Shown here in pieces: positions 1 through 20,504 of a stretch of 64,000 nucleotides of DNA. Both the position numbers and the translations under genes were made by a program. The notes beneath the pieces are model-generated. The model had not been told where the DNA came from. It did not search any database and was given only the letters and a program-made list of their open reading frames with translations. Location of the stretch: assembly GCF_009914755.1 (NCBI RefSeq), contig NC_060948.1; one strand, given 5' to 3'. The DNA is from the human T2T-CHM13v2.0 reference genome, Homo sapiens. Numbering within the stretch: position 1 is the first letter of the stretch; each line of letters begins with the position of its first letter.

Positions 1-5822
<5,822 letters not shown>

Positions 5823-5829
5823 TTTAAAA

Positions 5830-7365
5830 GAACATTTGGATCTTATCCTCAAGAAAACTTGTTTCACTAAACCTTAACCTTTCAGATCTTATAAATGACC
5901 TGGGGAAAGGGAAATACACAATTCTAGTCCCCTTTAGGCATTTTTTTTCTTGGGGACTGAGAAGCACTAGCAAAAGTCACAGCCCGGGGGCACGGGGTAC
6001 TAATTGTAAGATTATAGAATACTTACCATTTTTTACACCTTACCATTTCAGTAAAGACATATTTTACCCACTATTTCATGTCTGCCTTTCAGCAATAAAT
6101 TAACATATTAAAAGGCAAAATAATAGTAATAATAATTTGAAAAGACAGAGAAAGCATGAGAATAAGACTCAAATATAACAGAGATGTTGGAATATAACAT
6201 TAATCAGACTTGTTTACAAATTTAAAACAAGTCTGATTAATATGCTAATAGTTCTGATGGAAAAAGTAGACAATATGCAAGAATGGATAAACAAAGTAAA
6301 TAGAGATGGAGATTCTAAGAATAAAAAAAATGCTAGGGACAAAAGAGACTAACAGAAATGCAAAATGCCTTTAATGGGCTCATTAGACTGAAAACAAGCT
6401 TGAGAGAAAAAATTCTAAGCCTGGATATATGTCAGTAGTGATTGCAAAAACAAGAAAATAAAGGAAAAAACACCTTAAAAATGAAATATTACACTCAACA
6501 ATAATTTATTGTACACTTAAAAATAAGTTAAAAGGTGTAATTGAATTGTTTATAACACAAAGAAGGGATAATTGCTTGAAGTAATGAATACCCCATTTAC
6601 CCTTATGTGACTATTCATCATATGCCTGTATCAAAATATCTCATACACCCAATAAATATATATTTATGCTCATATACACACATATTTACATAATCTACTA
6701 TGGATCACAAAAGTTAAATATAAAATAAATTTTTAAAATAAAAATAAATTGTAAAAGTGAAACGTAATATCAATGAACTGAGACAACTATGAAAAATATA
6801 ACACGTTTATATACTAGAATATACCATGATGGAAGGAAAAGAAAAAGAAACAAGAAAGTATGTGAAGCAATGAAACTGAGGATTTTCAAAAATTAATGTA
6901 GGATACCACACCACAGACCCAGGAGATCAGAGAAAATCAGAGAATAAATGCCAAAAACAAAACTAAACTATATCTCAACATATTATGTTCAGACTTCTAA
7001 AATTTTAATTTAATTTTTAAAATTTTTTAAGAAGATAAAATTCTTAAAGAAACTGGGGGCAGAGGAACACCTTTCCTGTGGAGAAGCAAAGTAAGAATTA
7101 CGTGACTTCTCAGAAACCATGCAAGCAAGAAGAGTGGAGTAAATTATTTAAAGAGCTGAAGGGTCAACAAATCAGAATCCTATATTCTGCAAAAATTATC
7201 TTTCAAAGTAGAAGAGAAATAAAAACTATCTGAGACAAAGAATAACTAAGAATATTTTGTACCATAAACCTATAAGAAATATTAAAAGAAGTTCTTTGGA
7301 AAGAAGAATAACATGCATGAAAGTCTCACATAAAGAAAAGAAAAGCAGGAAAAGAAGAATAAAGA
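5830..7365 (+). mobile_element. Ancient L1M (L1MC/MD-like) ORF1-region fragment
   Basis: Degenerate ORF1-like text (GATGTTGGAAT..., TGACTTCTCAGAAACCATGCAAGCAAGAAGAGTGGAGT). Confidence 0.7.
6490..6752 (+). mobile_element. L1MA2/3-like 3' end inserted in the L1M fragment
   Basis: ATAATTTATTGTACAC...ATACCCCATTTACCCTTATGTGA...GTATCAAAATATCTCAT with an A-rich tail; possible TSD AAAA(A/G)TGAAA. Confidence 0.75.
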
Positions 7366-8031
7366 ATAAGGACTGGTGCCATACTTTAAGAACATGGAAT
7401 GCTGTGAGCTAAGGGCTTATTTTTTTAACATTTATTCACATATTTTTAGATATTGTACCCATGACTCTATAATTTTGTCCTCCCACTTCTCTGATATAAA
7501 AAATTTGTTAAACTGTCAATTAAACAAAAAGTTTTAGGTCCTACTAAGGCTTCTAGCTATTGCCCTTGAAATCAGCCTTAAGTGCTGCTATACATGTTCC
7601 TTGCCACCTCCCTGAGTTTTCTTGAAAAAGCTCCAGGTGCAGATGAACTGAAAAAAAAAAAAAAAAAAAAAAGTAGGTTAAACGGGAAAAATCAGCAAAA
7701 GAAACTACTTTGCATAACACTTATATTTCCTATATAATATTAAGATATGGTATAAAGGGCAACAATTATAATTCTTAAGTTCTTTTATTTTTAAAGAACA
7801 AAATATGCTTGTAATAATCAGAGTAAAACTAAACTAAAATATATGTAAAAAAAGAAATATTAAAAGAAGTTCTTTGGAAAGAAGAATAATGTACATGAAA
7901 GTCTCACATCTACATAAAGAAGAGCAGGAAGAGAAGAATAAATTCTTTTAAATTCTGTCTTTGTAAGTAGAAGTAGGCTTTCAACTGCCATCTGGAATGG
8001 ACTTTGTTTTGTCTAAAGAAATGTCAGTGCC

Positions 8032-8453
8032 TGCTATAGTTTACATGTTTGACCCTCTGCAAACTCATATGGAAATTTGATCCCCAGGGTAGTGGTGCTG
8101 GGAAGTGAAGCCTAGTGGGAGGTACTTGGGTTCAGATCCTTCATATACAGATTAATACCCTCTCTGTGTGCAGGGGATGAAAGTCCTCCCTTCTCCATTG
8201 GTTCTTCAGATAGTTGTTAAAAAAAATAGCCTGACACCTCTCTCCACTCTTCTTTGCTTCCTCTTTCACTATATGACCTGTGTACACACCAGCTCCCATT
8301 TACCTTCTGCCATGAGTGGAAGCAGCCTGAAGCCCTCAGCAGAAGTAGATGCTTGTGCCATGATACCTATACAGAGTAGAAGAAATCTCTTTTTCCTTAC
8401 AAATTTTCCAGCTTCAGGTATTTCTTTATAACAACACACAATGCACTAATACA
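8032..8453 (+). mobile_element. MSTB-type MaLR solo LTR
   Basis: Starts TGCTATAGTTT..., contains AAACTCATATGGAAATTTGATCCCCA, ends ...TTTATAACAACACACAATGCACTAATACA. Confidence 0.85.
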
Positions 8454-8934
8454 ATGTTCTTTTCTGAGGTCGTTGCCTTGCACGACAATGTTAATTCTCC
8501 TTAGAAACTACCTCCACCACCTTTCTTTACTTCAAGATCTATAACTGAAATCAAGGTCTAGCACAGTCCTAAAGGTGAGGTACACTACACTTCAAAAGAA
8601 CTACTTGGGTTTAAGTTATGCAAACAAAATCCCAGAAAATATGTGTAAGAATGAATATTTAGGTTGGGAAATAATGATGGAAGGAATATAAAGTTAGATG
8701 AAACTAAAATTTTTCATTTGTACCAAATAAGAGGTGATACTTTATTCAATGTTATAAGTAGGAAGGGTTTTTTAAGTCTTTAAAAGTTTTTGTTGTCCAG
8801 CTAAAACATAGGCCACAAAGGTGGCCTACTATCAGCAACTTTGAAATGCTGCATTTGCCTTGGTTTAGTGTAAAGGGAGTGAAAGTATTAGTGACATTGA
8901 AATGTTAGAGAAAAATTGACATTTAATATTATTC

Positions 8935-10122
<1,188 letters not shown>

Positions 10123-10966
10123 CAATGTCTACCCTGTACTGGGAGCATCTAGAAGATGTAACTTTCATCACGATCAAAAAAATGTAAGTTTGTGAAGGAG
10201 CCATAGCATCTTTAAAACTTCTGTGATTCATTTTCTTTTTAAGCCAGAACTCGAAGTGGCAACTATTGCCAGTGAATTGGGAAAATTACACACAAAAGGA
10301 ATAAGTAGATCTTCAGGTGGTAAGAACCATGTGGTGAACCTCAAACAGCAGAGGCAAGGTCAGTATCATTGCCGTAATAGACAGCAGAGTCAAAGCCGCA
10401 AGCAGAATATTCTTACTTGAGCAGACTTACGTCACTGCCTACTTAATCATGATATTCCTTGAAATGAAGTAGATAGAAAGACTACTAAATTATAGTTGCT
10501 CTGTATAAAAAGAAAATTTCAAATGAACAAACTTTAATCTGAACTTCAGAAACAGAGGTTCACAGCCTCTCAGTCAATTTCTAGATTGACAAAGTTTATG
10601 CAGCAAGAATGTAGAAGAGGCTGGGTCCTCATAATGAAGACCTTGGTACATGACAAAATTTCTACTTTTAATCTTTCTTCCAGACTTCCCCAAAGGAATC
10701 TATAGCATTTTACAGGATAAGCTGTGTGCATTGTAGAAAAGAAATAAACGGGGATTACCGAACTTTTAGGGATTACTGAACTTTTAGGAATTACTGAACA
10801 TTGGCTCTGAAATGACGCTAATTCCAGGGGAACCAAAATCTCCCTAAGATTGACAAGTCAGAATAGAGGATTATAAAGTCCATACAATCAACAGATTTTA
10901 GGTCAGTTTTTTCTCAGTAGGTCCATGGATCCCTGAATTCATGTTGTGATTATTTCCCCAGTTCCA

Positions 10967-10992
10967 ATATATATATATATATATATATATTA
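10967..10992. repeat. (TA)n microsatellite
   Basis: Run of ATATAT... inside the HERV-L protease region. Confidence 0.9.
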
Positions 10993-13510
10993 TAATACAC
11001 ATACACAGAACAAACTAAGGCAGAACATTACTTTGGTTTCTTGACTGGTGTAGTGAGGACTATGATGGATAAAAAGGCCAAGTGGAAGCCACTAGAACTG
11101 CCTGTATCTGGAAAACTTGTAAACAAAAAGAAGCACTAAATTACTGGGGGAACTACAAAGATTGCCATCACTATGAATGACCTAAAGATGCAGGTATGAT
11201 GATGGCATGGTGATTCCTACCACATCTCCATTGAGGTCTCATATTTGACTCTCCTATTTGGCCTTTGAAGAATAAAAGCAGACTTGGCTTCAGGTGGATA
11301 TTGGAGAATGACAATGGATTATCATAAACTTAAGTACCGGGTTATTCCAGTTACAGCTGTTGTACCAGATACGGTTTGATTGTTTGAACAAATTAATACC
11401 TCCCCTGAAACCCAGTATGCAGCCATCAATCTGCATCTTTTTCTTTATCCTTGTTTATAGAGGCCACCAGAAGCAATTGTCTTTCAGCCTGCAAGGTCAA
11501 TGATAACATCCCCACCGTCCTAACCAACCGTCCAGTCCTATGTCATAGTTTAGTCTGCAAATATCTTGGTTACGTTTTTCTTCCACTAGGTATCACATTG
11601 ATTCATTACATGGATGACGTTATGCTAATTGGACCTAGAAGTAGCAACTACTCTAGACTTGCAAGAAATTTGTGTGTTAGCAGATGGGAAATAAATCTGT
11701 CAAAAATTCAAGGCTTTTCTATTTCATGTAAATTTCTAGGGTTCCAGTGGTATAAAAAGTTCCTTCTATGGTGAAGTTGTTAAGTTATTGAATCTTGCCC
11801 ATCTCAAAACTAAAAGACAGCAAAAGGCCTAGTGGGCCTCTTTGAATTTTGAAGGCAACATACTCATCACTTGATTGAGCTACTATGGCTCTTCTACTGA
11901 GTGACCTGTAAAGTTGGCAGTTGACTAACATCCAGAAAAGTAAACATTTCTACAAGTCCAGGCTGCTATGCAAGCTGCTCTGACAAAATAGTAGCATAAA
12001 TGCTTACTCATGGGCCACCAAGTTACCATGCAATCAGAGCTGCCTGTCATACACTTGGTGTTATTGACTAAACCAAACCATATATTTGGGCATACACAAA
12101 AGCACTCTATTATTAAGTGGAAGTGCTATACACAAATCTGGGACCAAGCAGGTTATAAAGGTACAAGTATATTACATGAAGAAGCTGCCCAAATTCTTAT
12201 GATCCTCATTCCTACCACACTGCCTTCTCTCTCTCAGCATATATTTATGGCCCTATGGGGATTTCCTCATACTCAGCTGACAAAAGAAGAGAAGACTTGG
12301 GCTTGTTTTATAAGTGGCTCTCCCATTATGCAGGCACAACCTTAAAGTAGGCAACTGTGGTACTACTGGGACATCTCTGAAGGACAGTGGTGAAGGAAAA
12401 TACTTTAAGTGGAAAAATCTTTGAGTGGTGCAACTGGATGTTCATTTTTCTTGGAAAGATAAATGGTGAGATGTAAAATTGTATGCTTATTCATGGGCTG
12501 TGGCCAGTGGTTTGGCAACTTGGAATTAACATAACTGCAAAATTGGTAACAAGGGGTTCTCAGGAAGATACATGTGGACAGACCTCTCCAGATAGCAAAA
12601 TATGTGAAGATATTTGGGTTCCATGTGAATACTCACCAAAGGCTAACCTCAAAACAGGAGGATTTTAATAATAAACTGGATAGGATAATCCATTCTGTGG
12701 ATACTGGTCAGCCTCTTTCTTCAGACAGCACACCTATCATTGCCTAATTCATTCATGAAAAAAAAGTGGTCATGAATGAAAGGGTTGGAAGGGTTGAAGA
12801 TTTTGCATGGTCTTCTGAATATGGACTTCAGCCTACAAGCCTGGCTACAGACACTGCTGGATGTCCAAATTAAAACAGCAAACGTGAACACTGAGTTGGT
12901 CTCATACAGTACATTTCTCCCACGTAATCAGCCAGATTCTTATGGGAAGGGGGCTGCTTCCATCATGAAAGGTGAAACATTTTTCTTTACTAGAATAAAT
13001 ACATACCGTGGATATAGATCCACCTCTGTTTACACAATGCTTCTGTCAAAATTACCATCTGTGGACTTACAAGATGCTTTGCAAATTTAGTGGTATTCCA
13101 CACAGTATTGTTTCTGATTAAGGAACTCCTTTCACAGCAAATGAAGTTCAGTAACAGATCTAGGATCCTAGAATTTTCTGGTCTTACCTTGTATCTCATT
13201 ACTCCAAAGCAGCTGGATTGACAAAATGAGAAATGGCTTTTTGAAGACGTATACAGTGACAGCTAAGTGGCAATACCTAGCAGAACTGGGACGTGGTTTT
13301 CCAGGAGGCTGTATATGCTCCAAATCAGCATCCAGTGTATGGTGCTATTGCTCACAGAGCTAGGACTCACGGACCCAGAAATCAAGGGGTGCAAATGGTA
13401 GTAACACGAGTTACTATTATCCTTATATGACCCATTAGGAAAATACATTCTCCCTGTACCTGAACATTATTCTTTTCTGGCTTTCAGGCCTCAGTTTTAA
13501 AATTAGAAAT

Positions 13511-14115
13511 GCTGGTCAGCAAGATGTTAGAATAGAAGGTCCTCAAAGTGTGCCACCCCCAGAAATAAACATGAAGTGGCCACCCTTGGACAAAAGTATC
13601 TAATATAAGCCTACTGATCCACATAGTAGGATGCAAAATTCCTGTGGAGCCCAAGACCAAGGAGGGATGCTCCCTGATGTAGGTCCACCACCAATGGTTC
13701 TGGTTGTGAACAAGAAGCAGCCCTATTTCTTTGTGAACTCAGCCAAACGCCACCCATTTCTTGTCCTCTGCCAAGGGACCCAGGAGAAGTCAAATTGATC
13801 TGTGCCCCTGGTAACAGGACTACCAACCTCAGACCTGATTGCATTTCCTGAAGCATCTCTGTGACCCATTTCCTCCCTGCTCTGCCACAGTCTGCAGCCA
13901 GTACTTCTCACAAAGGGATCAGTAAGGAACCCAACAGGAATGTGCTCAGGGAAACAAAAAAGCCATATCCAACTCCTAAATGTGCTCTTGATAACAGTCT
14001 TGCCAACTGCAGATCTGACTGTGAACCCAACAACATACTTAAAAATGGCACCAGCCTCATTTGACCGTAATACCAGAGGCAATCCCGTCGGTCTTCAGTG
14101 CTAGCAAGAGAAGAC
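13511..14115 (+). mobile_element. Old L1 5'-end (5'UTR) fragment
   Basis: Begins with the L1 YY1-like start CAAGATGTTAGAATAG and has GC-richer UTR composition. Confidence 0.6.
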
Positions 14116-15318
14116 CTTTATTTTTTTTTCTTTTTCAACTTTTAAGTATTGTGGTACACGTGGAGGCTGTGCAGGTTATGTAGGTAAATGTGTGCCATGG
14201 TGGTTTGCTGCACAGATCATCCCATCACACAGATATTAAACCCAATGTCCATTAGCTGTTCTTCCTGATTCTCTTCTTCCCCCTCAACTGTTGACAGGCC
14301 CCAGTGTGTGTTGTTCCTCCCCATGTATCCCTGTGTTCTCATCATTCAGCTCCTATTTATAATTGAGAACATGCAGTATTTGGTTTTCTCTCCCTGTGTT
14401 AGTTTGCTGAGGATAATGGCTTCCAGCTCCGTCCATGTCTCTGCAGATGACATGATCTCATTCTTTTCTATGACTGCATAGTATTCCATGGTGTATATGG
14501 AACACATTTTCTTTATCCAGTCTATCATTGATGGGCATTTAGGTTGATATCATGTCTTTGCTATTTTAAATAGTGCTGCAAATGAACATAACATGTGTAT
14601 GGACCTTTATAATAGAATGATTTCTATTCCTTTGGGTATATACTCAGTAACGGGATTGTTGGGTCAAATGGTATCTGTGCCTCTAGGTCTTTGAGGAATT
14701 GAACACTGTCTTCCACAATGGTTGAACTAATGTACATTCCCACCAACAGTGTAAAAGTGTCCCTTCTCCTCAACCTCATGAGCATCTGTTATTTTTAAAT
14801 TTTTAATTATAGCCATTCTGACTTGTGTGAGATGGCATCTCATTGTGGTTTTGATTTGCATTTCTCTAACAATCAGTGATGTTGAGCTTTTTTCCATGTT
14901 TGTTGGCCACATGTATGTCTTCTTTTGAGAAGTGTTTGTTCATATTCTTTTCCCACTTTTGATGGGATTTTTTTTGTTTTTTTTCTTGTAAATTTGGTTT
15001 CAGTTCCTTGTATACTCTGGATGTTACACCTTTGTCAGATAGATAGATTGCAAAAATTTTCTCCCATTTTGTAGGTTGTCAGTTTAGTCTGATATTTTCT
15101 TTTGCTATGCAGAAGCTCTTCAGTTTGATTAGATCCCATTTGACAATGTTTGCTTTTGTTGCAGTTACTTTTGGCATTTTTGTCATGAAATCTTTGCCCA
15201 TGCCTATGTCCTGAATTATATTGCCTAGATTTTCTACTAAGGTTTTTATAGTTTTGGGGTTTACATTTAAGTCTTTAATCCATCTTGACTTAATTTTTGT
15301 ATATGGTATAAAGAAGGG

Positions 15319-15660
15319 GACCGGGCGTGGTGGCTCATATGTCTGTGATTCCAGTACTTTGGGAGGCAGAGGTGGGTGGATCACGAGGTCAGCAGTTCGA
15401 GACCAGCCTGGCCAACATGATAAAACCCCGTCTCTACTAAAAATACAAAAATTAGCTGGGCATGGTGGTGGGTGACTGTAACCTGAGCTACTCGGGAGGC
15501 AGAGGCAGGAGAATCACTTGAAACCAGAAGGCAGAGGTTGCAGTAAGTGGAATGTGCCACTGCATTCGAACCTGGGCAGCAAGAGTGAAACTCCAGCTCA
15601 CACACACAGACACACACGCACACACACACACACACACACATACATACACATACACACACA
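15319..15660 (+). mobile_element. AluS (Sg-like) with a (CA)n tail
   Basis: Alu body, tail replaced by a CA microsatellite at 15599-15660, TSD AAGAAGGGG. Confidence 0.92.
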
Positions 15661-17574
15661 AAGAAGAAGGGGTCCAGTTTCAATTTTCTGCATATGAGTA
15701 GCCAGCATTCCTATTTTATTAAACAGGGAGTCCTTTCCCTATTGCTTGTTGTTGTCAAGATTGTTGAAGATCAGAAGATTGTTGGTATGCAGTCTTATTT
15801 TTCAGTTCCTGATTCTGTTTTGTTGGTCTATGTGTCTGTTCTTGTATCAGTACCATGCTGTTTTGGTTACCGTAGCCTCATAGTATAGTTTGAAGTCAGG
15901 TAGCATGATGCCTCCAGCTTTGTTCCTTTGCTTAGGATTGTCTTGGCTATTGAGGCTCTTTTTTGGTTCTATGTGAATTTTAAAATAGTATTTTCTTATT
16001 CTGTGAAGAATGTCTGTGGTAGTTTAATGGGAATAACATTGAATCTCTAAATTACTTGGGGCTATATGGTAATTTTTACAATATTGATCCTTCATATTCA
16101 TGAACATGGAATGTTTCTCCATTTGTTTTTATCCTCTCTGATTTCTTTGAACAGTGGTTTATACTTCTCCTTGAAGAGGTCCTTCATTTCCCTTGTTAGC
16201 TGTATTCCTAGGTATTTTGTTCTTTTTGTAGCAATTGGGAATGGCAATTCATTCATGATTTGTCTCTGGGTTGCATGTTGTTGGTGTATAAGAATACTAG
16301 TGATTTTTGCAATTCATTTTGTATCCTGACACTTTGCTGAAGTTGCTACTGCACGTAAGAAGTTTTTGGGCTGAGACAGTGGGGTTTCCTAAATATAGAA
16401 TTATGTCACTGGCAAACAAAGATAATTTGACTTCCTCTGCTCTTATTTGAATACCCTTTATTTCTTTCTCTTGCCTGATTGTGCCGACTTCCAATTCTAT
16501 GTTGAATAGAGTGGTAAGAAAGGCCATCCTTGTCTTGTGCCTTGATTTGTGCCTTTTCAAGGGGAATGCTTCCAGCTTTTGCCCATTCAGCATGAAATTG
16601 GCTGTGGGCTTGCCATATATGAGTCTTATTATTTTGAGGTATGATCCTTCAATACCTAGTTTATTGAGTGTTTTTAAAATAAAGGTATGTTGAATATTAT
16701 CAAAGGCCTTTTCTGCATCTATTGAGATAATCATGTGGTTTTTGGCTTTAGTTCTGTCTACATGATGAATTACATTTATTGTTTTGCATATGTTGAACCA
16801 ACATTCTGGAAATGAAGCTAGTTTGACTGTGGTAGACAATCTTTTGATGTGCTGCTGGATTCAATTTGCCATTATTTTATTGAGATTTTTTGCACCAGTG
16901 TTCATCATGAATAATGGTCTGAAGTTTTCTTTTATCTCTGCCAGGTTTTGGTATCAGGATGATGCTGGCCTTATACAGTGAGTTAGGGAGGAGTCCCTCC
17001 TTTTTAAGTTTTTGGAATAGTTTCAGTAGAAATGACACCAGCTCTTCTTTATACATCTAATAAAATTCAGCTGTGAATCTATCTGGCCCTGTTTTTTATG
17101 TTGTTTATAAGCTATTTATTACTGCCTCAATTTCAGAACTTGTTATTATCTTTTCAGAGATTCAGTTTCTTCCTGGTTTAGTCTTGGGAAGGCTTAAGTT
17201 TCCAGGAATTTATTCTTTTCTTATAGATTTTTGTTTTTAGTTTATGTGCATAGAGGTGTTAATAGCATTCTCTGATGGTTGGTTTGTATTTCTGTGGGGT
17301 CAGTGGTGATATCCCTTTTTATCATATCTGATTGTGTTTATTTGATTATTCTCTCATGTTTACTAGTCTAGCTAGAAGTCTATCTATGTTATTAATTTTT
17401 TCAAAACACCAGCTCCTGGAATAATTTATTTTTTGAAGGGTTTTTTATGTCTCTATCTTCTTCAGTTCTGCTCTGATTTTGGTTATTTGTCTTCTAGCTT
17501 TGGGATGTGTTTGCTCTTGGTCCTCTATTTCTTTTAGTTTAGATGTTTGGTTGTTAACTTGAAATCCTTCTAGC

Positions 17575-17885
<311 letters not shown>

Positions 17886-19198
17886 CCTTCTAGCTTTTTG
17901 ATGTGAGCATTTAGTGCTATAAAATTTTCTCAACACTGTTTTAGCTGCATCCCAGAGATTCTGGTATATTGTCTCTTTGTTCTCATTAGTTTCAAATAAT
18001 TTATTGATTTCTGCTTTAATTTCATTGTTTACCCAACAGTCACTCAGGAACAGGTCATTCAGTTTCTATGTAGTTGTGTGGTTTTGAGTGAATTTCTCAA
18101 TCTTGAATTCTACTTTGACTGCACTGCAGTCTGACAGACTGTTTGTTATAATTTCAGCTCTTTTGCATTTGCTGAGGAGTGTTTTACTTCAGATTATTTG
18201 ATCAATTTTAGAGTAAATGCCATACAGCAATGAGAAGAATATATATTCTGTTGAATTTGGGTAGACAGTTCTGCAGATATCTGTCAGGTTTATTTGATCC
18301 AGAGCTGAGTTCAGATCCTGAATATCTGCAAATTATCTGTCTCAAGGATCTGTGTAATATTGTTAATGAGGTGTCAAAGTCTCCCATTATTATCGTGTGG
18401 GAGCCTAAGTCTCCTTGGATATCTCTAAGCACTTGCTTTATGACTCTGTGTGCTCTTGTATTGAGTGCACATATATTTAGGATACAGTTATCTCTTCTTG
18501 TTGAGTTGAACATTTTACCATTATGTAATGCCCTTCTTTGTCTTTTTTGGTCTTTGCTGGTTTAAAGTCTGTTTTGTCAGAAACTAGGATTGCAACTCTT
18601 GCTTCTTTCTGTTTTCCATTTGCTTGGTAAATTTTCCTCCATCCCTTTATTTTGAGCCTATGCATGTCTTTGCATGTGAAATGGGTCTCTTGAAGACAGC
18701 ATACAGATGGGTCCTGGCTCTTTTTTCTGCTTGCCATTATCTTTTAATTGTGGCATTTGGCCTATGTAAACTTGAGGTTAGTATTGTTATGTGTGAATTT
18801 GATTCTGTCATCATTATGCTAGTTGGTTATTTTGCAGATTTGTTTATGTAGTTGCTTTATAGTGTCACTGGTCTGTGTAATTCGGTGTGTTTTTGTAGTG
18901 GCTGGTAGCAGTTTTTCCTTTTCATATTTAGTGCTTCTCCTATAGGAGCTCTTGCACATTAGGCCTGGTGTTGATGAATTCCCTTGGCATTTGCTTGTCT
19001 GAAAAGAATCTTATTAGAATCTCCTTCACTTATGAAGCTTAGTTAGGCCAGATATAAGATTTTCAGCTGGAAATTCTTTTTCCTAAGAATGTTGAATATT
19101 GGTTCCCTATCTCTTCTGGCTTATAGAGTATCTGCTGAGAGATCTGCTGTTGGTCTTATGGGTTTCCCTTTGTATGTGACCTGGACTTTCTCTCTGGC

Positions 19199-20500
19199 AA
19201 AACAAAAATTAAATGAAAAAGTTTCTGCACAGCAATAATAAATGAATAATATGCAGACAACTTTTAGCATGGGAGAAAATATTACCAAATTATGATCTGA
19301 GAGCAGACTAATATCCAGAATATACGGGGAACTCAAATAAGTCAACAATAACAAAACAAATAATCAGATTTAAAAGTGAGATAAAGACATGAAAAATATT
19401 TTTCAAAAGAAGATATACTAACTGCCCACAGACATGTGAAGAAATGCTCAATATCACTAATCAGAAATAAATGCAAATTAAGCCCATAATAAGGTATCAT
19501 CTTACATTAGTCAGGATTACTATTATTAAAAATACAAAAAATAAAGGATGATCGTGTGGAGACAAGGGAACTGATACATTGATTGTGGGAAGGTGAATTA
19601 CCATAACCTCTTTTTGGAAAATAATATGGAGATTTCTGAAAAAATAAAAATAGAATAACCATTTGATCCAGAAATGCCACTACTGTGTGGCCAAAGGAAA
19701 AGAAAACATTATATCAAAAAGATACCTGCACTCATATATTTATCACAACACTGTTAACAATAGCAAACATATGGTATCAACGTATTTGTCCATCAGTGGA
19801 TGATTAAAATATGAAGATGTGGTATATGTGCACAATGGAATACTATGCAGTGATAAAAAAAAAAAGAGAAATCAGGCTGAGTGCAGTAATCCCAGCATTT
19901 GGGGAGGCCAAGGCAGGTGGATCACCTGAGGTCAGGAGTTTGTGACCAGCCTAACATTTTGAAACTCCGTCTCTACTAAATACAAAAAAATTAGCTGACT
20001 GTGGTGGCACGTGCCTGTAATCCGAGCTACTTGGGAGGCTGAGACAGGAGAATTGCTTGTACCCAGGAGGCAGAGGTTTTAGTAAGCCAACATTATGCCA
20101 TTGCACTACAGCCCAGACAACAATAGTGAAATTCCATCTCAAAAAAAAAAAAACACACCCAAAAAACAAACAAATGAAATCATGTCTTTTCCAGCAAGCA
20201 ACATGAATGAATCTGGAGATCATTTTCTGAAGTGAAACAAATATCTCTGGTATATGTGAGAGCTAACTAACATATACACATGAGTATAGAGAATAAAAAG
20301 ATAGACAACAAAGACTCAGAAAAGTAAGGGGATGAAGAGAGAGCATGATGAAAAATTACCTAATAAGTACAATGTATATATTTAGATTATGAATACCATA
20401 GAAGCTCTGACTATCCATACAATCCATGTGTGTAATAAAATTGCATATCTAAGTCATGCAATTATAACTTGTATAAATTTATACAAAATTAAAAGATAAT
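19199..20500 (+). mobile_element. L1PB4-like 3' fragment
   Basis: ORF2 C-terminal remnant starting at TTTCTGCACAGCAA; 3'UTR AAAATTACCTAATAAGTACAATGTA...AAATTTATACAAAA. Confidence 0.8.
19875..20175 (+). mobile_element. AluS
   Basis: Alu body with small deletions; TSD GAAATCA. Confidence 0.9.
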
Positions 20501-20504
20501 AAGT

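Noticed and set aside
20469-20486. Perfect 18-bp palindrome TTGTATAAATTTATACAA
   Set aside because: It is AT-only-like, low-complexity sequence at an L1 3' end and is easily produced by a small deletion from the consensus; too weak on its own.
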